A DNA stretch of 64,000 nt, taken from the NCBI RefSeq assembly GCF_032444005.1, contig NC_091291.1:129952001-130016000 (forward strand). The letters run 5' to 3'. The translations under genes were made by a program, and so were the position numbers. The notes below the pieces were generated by a model. It did no database searches, was not told the DNA's origin, and was given only the letters and a program-made list of their open reading frames with translations. Shown here piece by piece: positions 35,030-46,923 of the stretch. This DNA comes from Ranitomeya imitator (taxonomy: Eukaryota). The stretch's first letter is position 1. The number at the start of each line of letters is the position of its first letter.

Positions 35030-35560
35030 TCTAATATATAATTGCCTAGAATACTACTTCCTGCAATTTGTGCCAACTTCCGTGGCTTTGTCCGGAGCTA
35101 ATGTCCGGAGCTAATGTCCGGAGCTAATGTCCGGAGATAAGTGACGTCAACAGTGTCCAGTGTCTGATTGGTTGCCGCCTGCTGCGAGCGACCAATCAGA
35201 AACGTGCCGTACTGTGACACACTCCGCCCGCCATTTTGGTGTGATTTTTGAATTTTTACCTCACAGCAAGTTTCTACTGCGTGGAGGCGGGCCCAGTGAC
35301 GTTGCTCTTCAAGCTCCTGCCGAATTTCGTCAAAAAAATGATAATACCATTTACCAAAACTAGATATATTTAGTTGTGAAGTGGTTCAGTGACATTTTCA
35401 CACCAATTTTGAACTTTTGTTTGGTGTTTTCTCCATATACTGCCTATTATTTTTGTTCTTTCTTACTATTATTTATTAATTGTATTATTCTTACATTTGA
35501 ATAAATAAAGTATATATGGATTCTAGACTCCCGATTCTTTAGAATCGGGCTGCCATCTAG
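35030..35560 (+). mobile_element. Non-autonomous Helitron
   Basis: A|TC start (TCTAATATATA), subterminal hairpin CCCGATTCT-tt-AGAATCGGG (35530-35549), CTAG|T end, no TSD. Confidence 0.8.
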
Positions 35561-35788
35561 TTTAACCAATAAGTAATTCTCCAGAGTAGCATTGCACTTA
35601 TGCACATTCATCACATACAAACTGAGTTGTCCTGACAGCCCCTAAAGCTGAAAATTAGAAAAACTGGGTAGAATCCAGAATCGGGGAGACAAGTTTTCCT
35701 AAGACTTTGTAAGTCGTGTAAAAAAAATAAAATACACAAACACAAAATAACAAATTTGAAGAATTTTTAAACTTCAATTTTCAGTTCA

Positions 35789-35794
35789 TTTATT
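35789..35794 (-). terminator. Candidate CD3E polyadenylation signal
   Basis: AATAAA on the minus strand about 285 nt after the stop codon. Confidence 0.4.
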
Positions 35795-36077
35795 TTGATT
35801 TTCCATTACAACAGGTTTCATTTTTCTCCTCCGTTTTCCAGCTGTTTTATATAACAGCGCTTCACACCATTTTCCTTGAACAGTTATTAAACATACATGA
35901 GTTTTCCATATAAAGTTATATTTGTATGTGCAATTTTCCCAGAGTTTTGTTTTAACAAATAAACTTTTCTAAAGTAATGGGTTTCAATATGGAAAAAAAG
36001 GGATGTCCAAAAATCTAATTCACACAAATAAGACATGAAAAAATAAGGGATGCTGAAGCACCAGAGGGCTGGCGAAA

Positions 36078-36134
36078 TCATTTTGAGTTTTGATTTAATC
36101 CATCGTATAATTCTTGCCTTTTTTTCTGGATTGG
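36078..36134 (-). CDS. CD3E: CD3E last coding exon (PIQKKRQELYDGLNQNSK*)
   Basis: ttgttgcag| acceptor; completes the ITAM YEPI-x7-YDGL. Confidence 0.93.
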   Translation of the reverse strand, partial: PIQKKRQELYDGLNQNSK

Positions 36135-36950
36135 CTGCAACAATAAAAGATAAAAAAAAAAAAAGCGTTTATTAACTCGAAACAAACAGTACAGCCATTC
36201 TAGTCCTTCTGGAAGGGTGAAAAATGTTGGATGAGTCCGAAGCTAACAAGTCCAAAGTGCTTTTGTCTCAAATTCTACCCTTCATGAAAAATTGTGTGTA
36301 TGTCCCTTTAAGAAAGTTTATTCTTACTTTTGCGGTTATGTGTTATGTGGTGCGTCCTCTGTTTTTTTTTTCTGCAGGTGTCAATCTGGAGGCCTAGATG
36401 TACATGGAGAAGCCACAATACCCTGTCTGAGCTTCTTGGTGGCCAGCTTGTAGTAGGCTGTGCCCTGAATCAGTACAAGACGGGGCTGGTGTTGGTATGA
36501 AAGGGCAGAGGGGAGTCTATAAAAGGGTAATATTTGATGTAAAATATTATCCACTTTGTCACCTTTCGTGCCAATTTTATTTTTTCTTACTTAATTGTGT
36601 GTATTTTTGGCTAAATTTTGCACCATTTGCATTCTGTAACCCGTTGGTTGCAAAATGAGTTAACTGAGGATCTATCAGTGAGCTCATATTGACGTCCAAT
36701 GGTTCCAACTCATAATTTTGTCTAAAAATGGCCTTGAGTGGAATAACCATGGGTAACGAGTCACTAAGAAGTGTGCTGGTAGATTACAGGGAGACAGTGT
36801 GTCAAAGAGAATGGGTGTCGGTGAGATTCTGGGGAAATCAGAGGAAACAGGAATCAAACAATCTCTGCATTTTAGATATTGGAATATTAAATAAGATCCG
36901 CCGCAGTCATTTCCATTCCAAATGTGCGCATTGTGTTCTTCTATATTTAC

Positions 36951-36994
36951 CTCGTAATCGGGATTGGGAACAGGGGGAGGACGTTCTTTGTTGC
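36951..36994 (-). CDS. CD3E: CD3E proline-rich exon (GNKERPPPVPNPDYE)
   Basis: Diagnostic CD3epsilon RPPPVPNPDY motif; cag|...GAG|gtaaat; 44 nt. Confidence 0.97.
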
Positions 36995-37464
36995 CTGTAT
37001 GAGCAAAAATTTTAAAAATCATAGTGTTTACACTCTGTATGTAGAAATTAAAGAGGACCCATCATTTGCCAAAAACATGATTTATTTATTACCCGGTGTA
37101 AATGCCGCTGTTCTCCTGAATCTGGCGATGTTTTTCTTATGTTCCTGTCACTCTCCATTCCTGAGATATGGCCCCTTCTTTCCCATTTGTAAATTTAGTC
37201 TATTTAATCAAGTGGGCGTGGTCCTCAACTCTTTTTTTGTGGGCATCTTCTTAAGGATCTCGCCCAGTTGTCTAAAAAAAAAACTATAGGGAAAAAAGGG
37301 CCCATATCTCAGGAATGGAGAGGCGCAGGAACAAAAGGAAAACGGTGCCGGATTCAGGAAAACAGCGGCATTTACACCAGGTAAAAAAAATACTTGTTTA
37401 GGGCAACTGAAAGGTCTTATTTAAATCCAAAGAGATTTACTTTTGTGCCTTATAGGATGGGTAC

Positions 37465-37626
37465 CTTTTTTGCGAGCTCCTTTTGCAAATCCATTTTCTC
37501 TGATCTGACCAGGTTTTTTCTTGCAGAACATATACACAAAGACACAAACTCCAATGGTGATCAGGCAATCAGCGATCACAACAGAGGCCACCATGAGAAA
37601 GGAGACCTCCGTGCAGGTCTCACATA
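37465..37626 (-). CDS. CD3E: CD3E stalk, transmembrane and basic-rich exon
   Basis: 162 nt encoding VCETCTEVSFLMVASVVIADCLITIGVCVFVYMFCKKKPGQIRENGFAKGARKK: CxxCxE and a TM Asp; donor G|gtaccc. Confidence 0.95.
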
Positions 37627-37849
37627 CTGCAACAAAGGAGGACATGACATCAGACGGGCTACATGAACATCACACTGTGCAATGAAAAACGAGGGCAATA
37701 CTCCGGCCCATTGTTACATGATTAAAAAAATGTTTGAGGTTTTGTAAACATGTTATATCTCAATATTTATACATTACTGATATCTTAGATCTATATGTAT
37801 AGTTTCCTGTGGGTGAAGCCTTCCTCCCTAAGGTGGTTTGCCACATTGC

Positions 37850-38089
37850 GCCTGGGAGGAGGTGAGCTGTGAGATCACCTATTGTGGATGGTGGTTGGAT
37901 CCTGTGTTATCTACTGTATATAGAGGAGTTATCTGTCATTATACAGGAGGAGGAGGAGGTGAGCTGTGACATCACCTATTGTGAATGCTGGATCCTGTGT
38001 TATCTACTGTATATAAAGGAGTTATATGTCATTATACAGGAGGAGGAGGAGGTGAGCTGTGATATCACCTATTGTGAATGGTGGATCCC
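37850..38089. repeat. 90-bp tandem repeat, left part (split by the Gypsy insertion)
   Basis: Unit GAGGAGGAGGTGAGCTGTGACATCACCTATTGTGAATGGTGGATCCTGTGTTATC...; continues at 43861. Confidence 0.9.
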
Positions 38090-38871
38090 TGTTGTGAATT
38101 CTGTTGTCGGGCTCCCTCCTGTGGTCATGAATGGTACTTCAGCTGGTTCTGTCCATGGACTTCCTCTGGTGGGTGTTTCTGAGTTTCCTTCCACAGGTGA
38201 CTAGGTTAATTCGTTAGCTGCTGCTCTATTTAACTCCACTTAGATCTTTGCTCCATGCCACCTGTCAATGTTCCAGTATTGGTTTAGTTCACTCCTGGAT
38301 CGTTCTTGTGACCTGTCTTCCCAACAGAAGCTAAGTTCCAGCTTGTATTTCTTTGGTTTGCTATTTTTCTGTCCAGCTTGCAATTTTTATTGTTGTCTTG
38401 CTTGCTGGAAGCTCTGGGACGCAGAGGGAGCGCCTCCGCACCGTGAGTCGGTGCAGAGGGTCTTTTTGTAGGTTTTGTGCTGATCGCAAAGTAACCTTTC
38501 CTATCCTCAGTCTGTTCAGTAAGTCGGGCCTCACTTTGCTAAATCTATTTCATCTCTGTGTTTGTATTTTCATCTTACTCACAGTCATTATATGTTGGGG
38601 GCTGCCTTTTCCTTTTGGGAATTTCTCTGAGGCAAGGTAGGCTTTATTTTTCTATCTTTAGGGCTAGCTAGTTTCTTAGGCTGTGCCGAGTTGCATAGGG
38701 AACGTTAGGCGCAATCCACGGCTATTTCTAGTGTGTTTGATAGGATTAGGGATTGCGGTCAGCAGAGTTCCCACGTCCCAGAGCTCGTCCTTTATTATCA
38801 GTAACTATCAGGTCATTCCGTGTGCTCTTAACCACCAGGTCCATTATTGTCCTGACCACCAGGTCATAACA
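38090..38871 (+). repeat. 5' LTR (782 bp)
   Basis: TG...CA; about 98% similar to 43057-43860 by eye; TATTTAA at 38227-38233. Confidence 0.95.
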
Positions 38872-39006
38872 GTACAGGTGGCCAAAGTACTAATGCATCT
38901 CAATAGAGGGATAAGAGAAGTTCTGAGACCATTTTTTTTTCTTTGCAGTGTGTTTTGTCTCCTTTTTCCCCTTTACCTCTGGGTGGTTCAGGACACTGGT
39001 GTAAAC

Positions 39007-42000
39007 ATGGACATTCAAGGTCTGTCCTCTTGGATGGATAATCTCACTACAAGAACATTCAAGATTTTGTGGTTCAGAATCCAATGTCTGAGCCTAGGAT
39101 TCCAATTCTTGATTTGTTTTTTGGTGATAGATCTAAGTTCTTGAATTTCAAAAATAATTGTAAATTATTTCTTGCCTTGAAACCTCGCTCCTCAGGTGAC
39201 CCTGTTCAACAAGTAAAGATCATTATTTCTTTGTTACGTGGTGACCCTCAAGACTGGGCATTTTCCCTTGCGCCAGGAGATCCGGCATTGCATGATGTTG
39301 ATGCGTTTTTCCTGGCGCTTGGATTGCTTTATGACGAACCTAATTCAGTGGATCAGGCAGAGAAAATCTTGCTGGCTCTGTGTCAGGGTCAGGATGAAGC
39401 GGAGATATATTGTCAGAAGTTTAGAAAGTGGTCTGTGCTCACTCAGTGGAATGAATGTGCCCTGGCAGCAATCTTCAGAAAGGGTCTCTCTGAAGCCCTT
39501 AAGGATGTCATGGTGGGGTTTCCCATGCCTGCTGGTTTGAATGAGTCTATGTCCTTGGCCATTCAGATCGACGCTTGCGTGAGCGTAAAGCTGTGCACCA
39601 TTTGGCGGTACTATCTGAGCATGGGCCTGAGCCTATGCAATGTGATAGGACTTTGACCAGAGCTGAACGGCAAGAACACAGACTTCGGAATGGGCTATGT
39701 TTTTACTGTGGTGATTCCACTCATGCTATCTCCGTTTGTCCTAAGCGCACTAAGCGGTTCGCTAGGTCTGCCACCATTGGTATGGCACAGTCTAAATTTC
39801 TATTGTCCGTTACTCTGATTTGCTCTTTGTCATCCTATTCTGTTATGGCATTTGTGGATTCAGGCGCTGCCCTGAATTTGATGGACTTGGAGTATGCTAG
39901 GCGCTGTGGTTTTTTCTTGGAGCCCTTGCAGTATCCTATTCCATTGAGGGGAATTGATGCTACGCCTTTGGCCAAGAATAAGCCTCAGTACTAGACCCAA
40001 TTGACCATGTGCATGGCTCCTGCACATCAGGAGGATATCCGCTTTCTGGTGTTACATAATCTGCATGATGTGGTCGTTTTGGGGTTGCCATGGCTACAGG
40101 TTCATAATCCAGTATTGGACTGGAAATCTATGTCTGTGTCCAGCTGGGGTTGCCAGGGGGTACATGGTGATGTTCCATTTTTGTCTATTTCGTCATCCAC
40201 CCCTTCTGAAGTTCCAGAGTTTTTGTCGGATTATCGGGATGTATTTGATGAGCCCAAAGCCAGTGCCCTACCTCCTCATAGGGATTGCGATTGTGCAATT
40301 AATTTGATTCCTGGTAGTAAGTTTCCTAAGGGCCGATTGTTCAATTTATCTGTGCCAGAACATGCCACTATGTGGAGTTATATAAAGGAGTCCTTGGAGA
40401 AAGGCCATATTCGCCCGTCGTCATCACCGTTAGGAGCAGGGTTCTTTTTTGTGGCCAAGAAGGATGGTTCTTTGAGACCTTGTATTGATTACCACCTTCT
40501 TAATAAAATTACAGTCAAATTTTAGTATCCTTTGCTGTTGCTATCTGATTTGTTTGCTCGTATTAAAGGGGCTAGTTGGTTCACCAAGATAGATCTTCGA
40601 GGGGCGTATAATCTTGTGCGTATTAAACAAGGCGATGAATGGAAAACAGCATTTAATACGCCCGAGGGCCATTTTGAGTACCTGGTTATGCCATTCGGGC
40701 TTTCCAATGCTCCATCAGTATTTCAGTCCTTTATGCATGACATCTTCCGAGAGTACCTGGATAAATTCCTGATTGTGTATTTGGATGATATTTTGGTCTT
40801 TTCGGATGATTGGGAGTCTCATGTGAAGCAGGTCAGAATGGTGTTCCAGGTCCTTCGTGCGAATTCCTTGTTTGTGAAGGGGTCAAAGTGTCTCTTTGGA
40901 GTTCAGAAGGTTTCATTTTTGGGGTTCATTTTTTCCCCTTCTACTATCGAGATGGACCCTGTTAAAGTCCAGGCCATTTATGATTGGACTCAGCCGACAT
41001 CTGTGAAGAGCCTGCAGAAGTTCCTGGGCTTTGCTAATTTTTATCGGCGCTTCATCGCTAATTTTTCTACTGTTGCTAAACCATTGACTGATTTGACCAA
41101 GAAGGGTGTTGATGTGGTCAATTGGTCTTCTGCAGCTGTAGAGGCTTTTCAGGAATTGAAGCGTCGTTTTCCTTCTGCCCCTGTGTTGTGCCAGCCAGAT
41201 GTTTCGCTCACGTTTCAGGTTGAGGTTGATGCTTCTGAGATTGGAGCAGGGGCTGTTTTGTCGCAAAGAAGTTCTGATGGCTCGGTGATGAAACCATGTG
41301 CTTTCTTTTCTAGAAAGTTTTCGCCTGCTGAGCGTAACTATGATGTTGGTAATCGTGAGTTGTTGGCCATGAAGTGGGCATTCGAGGAGTGGCGTCATTG
41401 GCTGGAAGGAGCCAAGCATCGCGTGGTGGTCTTGACAGATCACAAGAATTTGACTTATCTTGAGTCTGCCAAACGGTTGAATCCGAGACAGGCTCGATGG
41501 TCGTTATTTTTCTCCCGTTTTGATTTTGTGGTTTCGTACCTTCCGGGCTCTAAGAATGTGAAGGCTGATGCCCTATCAAGGAGTTTTGTGCCTGACTCTC
41601 CGGGTGTTCCTGAGCCGGCGGGTATTCTCAAAGAGGGGGTAATTTTGTCTGCCATCTCCCCTGATTTGCGGCGGGTGCTGCAAAAATTTCAGGCTGATAG
41701 ACCTGACCGTTGCCCAGCGGAGAAACTGTTTGTCCCTGATAGATGGACTAGCAGAGTTATCTCTGAGATTCATAGTTCAGTGTTGGCTGGGCATCCTGGA
41801 ATCTTTGGTACCAGAGATTTGGTGGCTAGATCCTTCTGGTGGCCGTCTTTGTCACGGGATGTGCGTTCTTTTGTGCAGTCCTGTGGGACTTGTGCTCGGG
41901 CTAAGCCCTGCTGTTCTCGTGCCAGTGGGTTGCTTTTGCCCTTGCCGGTCCCGAAGAGGCCCTGGACGCATATTTCTATGGATTTTATTTCGGATCTCCT

Positions 42001-43050
42001 TGTCTCTCAAAAGATGTCGGTCATTTGGGTGGTTTGTGATTGCTTTTCTAAGATGGTCCATTTGGTACCTTTGTCTAAATTGCCTTCCTCCTCTGATTTG
42101 GTGCCATTATTTTTCCAGCATGTGGTTCGTTTACATGGTATCCCGGAGAACATCGTTTCTGACAGAGGTTCCCAGTTTGTTTCGAGGTTTTGGCGATCCT
42201 TTTGTGCTAGGATGGGCATTGATTTGTCTTTTTCCTCGGCTTTCCATCCTCAGACAAATGGTCAAACCGAACGAACTAATCAAACTTTGGAAACATATCT
42301 GAGATGCTTTGTTTCTGCTGATCAGGATAATTGGGTGTCCTTTTTGCCTTTGGCTGAGTTCGCCCTTAATAATCGGGCCAGCTCGGCTACTTTGGTTTCA
42401 CCGTTTTTCTGCAATTCTGGTTTCCATCCTCGTTTCTCTTCAGGGCAGGTTGAGTCTTTGGACTGTCCTGGTGTAGATACTGTGGTGGATAGGTTGCAGC
42501 AGATTTGGACTCATGTGGTGGACAATTTGACATTGTCCCAGGAGAATGCTCAACGTTTCGCTAACCGCCGGCGCTGTGTGGGTCCCCGACTTCGTGTTGG
42601 GGATTTGGTTTGGTTGTCGTCTCGTTATGTTCCTATGAAGGTTTCCTCTCCTAAGTTTAAGCCTCGTTTCATTGGTCCGTATAAGATTTCTGAGGTTATC
42701 AATCCTGTGTCATTTCGTTTTGCCCTTCCTGCTTCTTTTGCCATCCATAATGTGTTCCATAGGTCGTTATTGCGGAGATACGTGGCGCCTGTGGTTCCAT
42801 CCGTTGATCCTCCTGCCCCGGTGTTGGTTGAGGGGGAGTTGGAGTATGTGGTGGAGAAGATTTTGGATTCTCGTGTTTCGAGACGGAAATTCCAGTACCT
42901 GGTCAAGTGGAAGGGTTATGGTCAGGAAGATAATTCCTGGGTTTTTGCCTCTGATGTTCATGCTGCCGATCTGGTTCGTGCCTTTCATTTGGCTCATCCT
43001 GGTCGGCCTGGGGGCTCTGGTGAGGGTTCGGTGACCCCTCCTCAAGGGGG
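39007..43050 (+). pseudogene. gag-pol of the Gypsy element, with frameshifts and in-frame stops
   Basis: Zinc knuckle CFYCGDSTHAISVC, protease AFVDSGAA, RT YLDDILV, RNase H, integrase H-H-C-C and core, chromodomain EYVVEKILDSR...YLVKWKGYG. Premature TAG at about 39994 and 40525; gag frameshifts. Confidence 0.93.
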
Positions 43051-43056
43051 GGGTAC

Positions 43057-43860
43057 TGTTGTGAATTCTGTTGTCGGGCTCCCTCCTGTGGTCATGAATG
43101 GTACTTCGGCTGGTTCTGTCCATGGACTTCCTCTGGTGAGTGTTTCTGAGTTTCCTTCCACAGGTGACGAGGTTAATTCGTTAGCTGCTGCTCTATTTAA
43201 CTCCACTTAGATCTTTTCTCCATGCCACCTGTCAATGTTCCAGTATTGGTTTAGTTCACTCCTGGATCGTTCTTGTGACCTGTCTTCCCAACAGAAGCTA
43301 AGTTCCAGCTTGTATTTCTTTGGTTTGCTATTTTTCTGTCCAGCTTGCAATTTTTATTGTTGTCTTGCTTGCTGGAAGCTCTGGGACGCAGAGGGAGCGC
43401 CTCCGCACCGTGAGTCGGTGCGGAGGGTCTTTTTGCGCCCTCTGCGTGGTTTTTTTGTAGGTTTTGTGCTGATCGCAAAGTAACCTTTCCTATCCTCGGT
43501 CTGTTCAGTAAGTCGGGCCTCACTTTGCTAAATCTATTTCATCTCTGTGTTTGTATTTTCATCTTACTCACAGTCATTATATGTGGGGGGCTGCCTTTTC
43601 CTTTGGGGAATTTCTCTGAGGCAAGGTAGGCTTTATTTTTCTCTCTTCAGGGCTAGCTAGTTTCTTAGGCTGTGCCGAGTTGCATAGGGAGCATTAGGCG
43701 CAATCCACGGCTATTTCTAGTGTGTTTGATAGGATTAGGGATTGCGGTCAGCAGAGTTCCCATGTCCCAGAGCTCGTCCTTTATTATCAATAAATATCAG
43801 GTCATTCCGTGTGCTCTTAACCACCAGGTCCATTATTGTCCTGACCACCAGGTCATAACA
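43057..43860 (+). repeat. 3' LTR (804 bp)
   Basis: Follows the PPT; carries a 22-bp segment absent from the 5' LTR. Confidence 0.95.
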
Positions 43861-44590
43861 GATCCCGTGTTATCTACTGTATATAGAGGTGTTATCAGCC
43901 ATTGTACAGGAGGAGGAGGTGAGCTGTGACATCTATTGTGAATGGTGGATCCTGTGTTATCTAAAGTATATAGAGGTGTTATCAGTCATTGTACATGAGG
44001 AGGAGGTGAGCTGTGACATCACCTATTGTGAATGGTGGATCCTGTGTTATCTACTGTGTATAGAGGTGTTATCAGTCATTGTACAGGAGGAGGAGGTGAG
44101 CTGTGACATCACCTATTGTGACTGGTGGATCCTGTGTTATCTACTGTGTATAGAGGTGTTATCAGCCATTGTACAGGAGGAGGAGGTGAGCTGTGACATC
44201 TATTGTGAATGGTGGGTCCTGTGTTATCTAAAGTATATAGAGGTGTTATCAGTCATTGTACATGAGGAGGAGGTGAACTGTGACATCACCTATTGTGAAT
44301 GGTGAATCCTGTGTTATCTACTGTATATAGAGGTGTTATCAGTCATTGTACATGAGGAGGAGGTGAGCTGTGACATCACCTATTGTGAATGGTGGATCCT
44401 GTGTTATCTACTGTATATAGAGGTGTTATCAGTCATTATACAGGAGGAGGAGGTGAGCTGTGACATCACCTATTGTGAATGGTGTATCCTGTGTTATCTG
44501 CTGTATATAGAGGTGTTATCAGTCATTATAGAGGAGGAGGAGGTGAGCTGTGACATCACCTATTGTGGATGATGGATTCTGTGTTATCTA
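43861..44590. repeat. 90-bp tandem repeat, right part (about 8 copies)
   Basis: Period 90 checked at 44006 and 44096. Confidence 0.93.
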
Positions 44591-44702
44591 ATGTCTGTAT
44601 AGATATATGTATATTTACAGTATATGGATTACCTGAATATACAAATCGCAATCTTTACTATAATACTATGTGGTAAATCTTTGTGCATCTTTTCGTGCTT
44701 AC

Positions 44703-44867
44703 CGTATGCATGTAGATAGAGGAAGTCATTGCTGCACTTGTATATCCCATTTTTATCTGAAGAATAATTTTCCAGGATTTTCTGGTGTTGATTATCTTTG
44801 AAATGTTGACCACTGGGACAGGTAATTGTCACTGTAAGTCCTGTGATATCCACCTGGAAATTGTGAT
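44703..44867 (-). CDS. CD3E: CD3E Ig-domain exon
   Basis: gtcag|AT...G|gtaagc, 165 nt. Encodes HNFQVDITGLTVTITCPSGQHFKDNQHQKILENYSSDKNGIYKCSNDFLYLHAY and joins in frame to VCETC, like human KVSISGTTVILTC...YLYLRARVCENC. Confidence 0.9.
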
Positions 44868-45637
44868 CTGACGTAACACACAGAAAAGTGTTAAATTTAC
44901 AAACAGAACTGAATTCCTGCTCCCGGAGTAATTACCATAGTGATATGCTGCAAACTTCTATAATCTGATTAACATGTTACAATAATTTATACAGAGGAGC
45001 TTCATTAATTAGCCTCGGCTCATTGTATCCCAGGTCTGCACGATTGGCAATGGATTTGTAATATTTGCTAGGTAAGTTTTTCTTCCTTATGCTGCGGCTT
45101 GGTTGGCTTGCGTTACATAAATATTTTCTGACAAAATATCGACACAAGCCATTAATAAATCCGTAATATTTTATGATTCCTTTTTTTTTTCCTAGACGCT
45201 TTTAAAACCTGTCACACAAAGGTGGGAATTTGTCAGGGTCTGGCCTCCAGTTTTCTTGGCGTAAAAAAAAGTTGCAAATTTTGGTAAACGCCAAAAAAAA
45301 TAAAAAATTGGGGGGAAGGGGCATTTTTACTGTTTTTCACAAAACACTGAGTAAATGATACCACAAATCAAAGCTCGTGTAAATGTCATTTTCTAGCTCA
45401 GAAGCCGGCAAAGATGCGCCAAATTCAAGAGGCATGAACCTGTTAAAAAATGTGACACATTTTAATAGATCATGGGATACACCGGAGCATAAAATTTCCC
45501 CCCAAAGTGTTTAAAACCTATATCTGGCACATCCCTGTAAACGTTAAGTCCTGGCAAATTTTGCAGCACAAATTGTTCCTTCCATCCCAACAACGCCCGC
45601 TCCGGGTAATGCAGGTACTTCCATTTCCATCGGTATC

Positions 45638-45848
45638 TACAGCGTGGGCCATGTATATGGAAAAACCTAAATAAAATGGGAATAGTTGGTGATATCAACT
45701 TCCTGTTTGTGGCACATTGGTATACGGGAGGGGGAAAACTTTTCAAGATGGGTGGTGACCATGGCGGCCATTTTGAAGTCGGCCATTTTGGATTGCATCT
45801 TTATAAATGGCCCACCCAGGTGTATTAAAATAAATGGCCCACCCTGTA
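45638..45848. mobile_element. Tc1/mariner MITE
   Basis: TA-flanked TIRs TACAGCGTGGGCCATGTAT ... TAAATGGCCCACCCTGTA. Confidence 0.75.
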
Positions 45849-46049
45849 CCATAATTCTGCTTAGACCTGAGGCCAAAACAGCTGCTGTCAGTGATTACTT
45901 GACGTGAGTGGGGTGGGGGAAGCAACATGGGAATAAAGGGGAGCAGTTTTGCTCTGCGTCGTCGAGAAGCCATAAAAGAACATGACCTACGTGACTTCTA
46001 AGCATACAGTGCTGGGGTTCACGTCTTAGAACAAAGGTAAATTTCTATA

Positions 46050-46800
46050 TTTTTTACTTACGAGTCAATCGATAAATGATTTTGTCTTGCTGGACAACCA
46101 CTATTTGGATTCTGTTCAGAGGAATCCATGGGTGAAGGCATGAAAACTCCAGAAACCATGGGGCAACCATTCTCTTGAATTGTGCAAATGGCCCCCGGTA
46201 GAAGGAGATGCTTCCTGGACTCTAAGATGGGTTAGCAAATCTCCCGGAAACTACCTAAATTTCCCAAAACCTTCCAAAAAGCAGGTTTTGTGGGTCTAGA
46301 AAAGCACCCAAATTCAGGGAGCATTCACACCACGGAGAGAGGACTTGATTGAGAAAAAGGAGGCACAGGGAGCTTTGAGCTCTGAGACGTCAGCCCAAAA
46401 AGGTTGGCAACAAAATGTGCAATTGGTGGAGAAAGGTTGAACTTGATGGACCCAGGTCTTTTTTTCAGCCTACAGTACGTAGCTATGTAACTATTCCAAC
46501 CTGCTTGAGTGCACTGGCTCTTTAGGTTTGTGTACTTCAGCACGGCACTGAATCAGGAGATATTTTTCCCTAGAATAAGTACGGTCACTGGATTTACCTT
46601 CATATTAAATTGGTGGCGTAATGAGGTACAGTAGATACCCTTCAATTTCTACCAGTGCCAGCCTTGACCAACGCAAAGCTTTCACCAAGATGTTTTTTTT
46701 AGCAGTGGCACAATCCCTTTGACATGGGCACAAGTATAATAGAGATAATTAAAGAAGCACCATAGGGGGTGAATTTTGAGATTTTTTATAATGACCGGCA
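46050..46800 (-). mobile_element. Degraded L1/Tx1-like ORF2 3' fragment
   Basis: Minus-strand remnants such as IATYCRLKKRP, LDPQNLLFG and DKIIYRLTRK resemble L1 ORF2 C-terminal motifs; many stops. Confidence 0.35.
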
Positions 46801-46923
46801 TTAGGAGTTACAAGAGATCAATAGATATTAAAATGCATTCTTTAAAAAAAAAAAAACATCATGGACATGTAATGATCATGTTCAGCCAAGTAACGTTGGG
46901 TGCAGAAACGTGAACCACATTTA

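Larger units (their letters stand above)
38090..43860 (+). mobile_element. Full-length but decayed Ty3/Gypsy chromovirus (sushi/Tf-like), antisense in a CD3E intron
   Basis: Two LTRs (TGTTGTG...CATAACA), polypurine tract at 43044-43053, gag-PR-RT-RH-IN-chromodomain order, flanking GATCCC direct repeat. Confidence 0.97.

Noticed and set aside
40532-43210. 892-aa ORF as an active pol or domesticated RTL/PEG10-like gene
   Set aside because: It is cut off from PR and the RT start by stops, runs on into the 3' LTR, and sits in a two-LTR element.
43889-44572. Cys/Trp-rich ORFs (EEEVSCDITYCEWW...)
   Set aside because: Translation of the 90-bp satellite, antisense to the CD3E intron.
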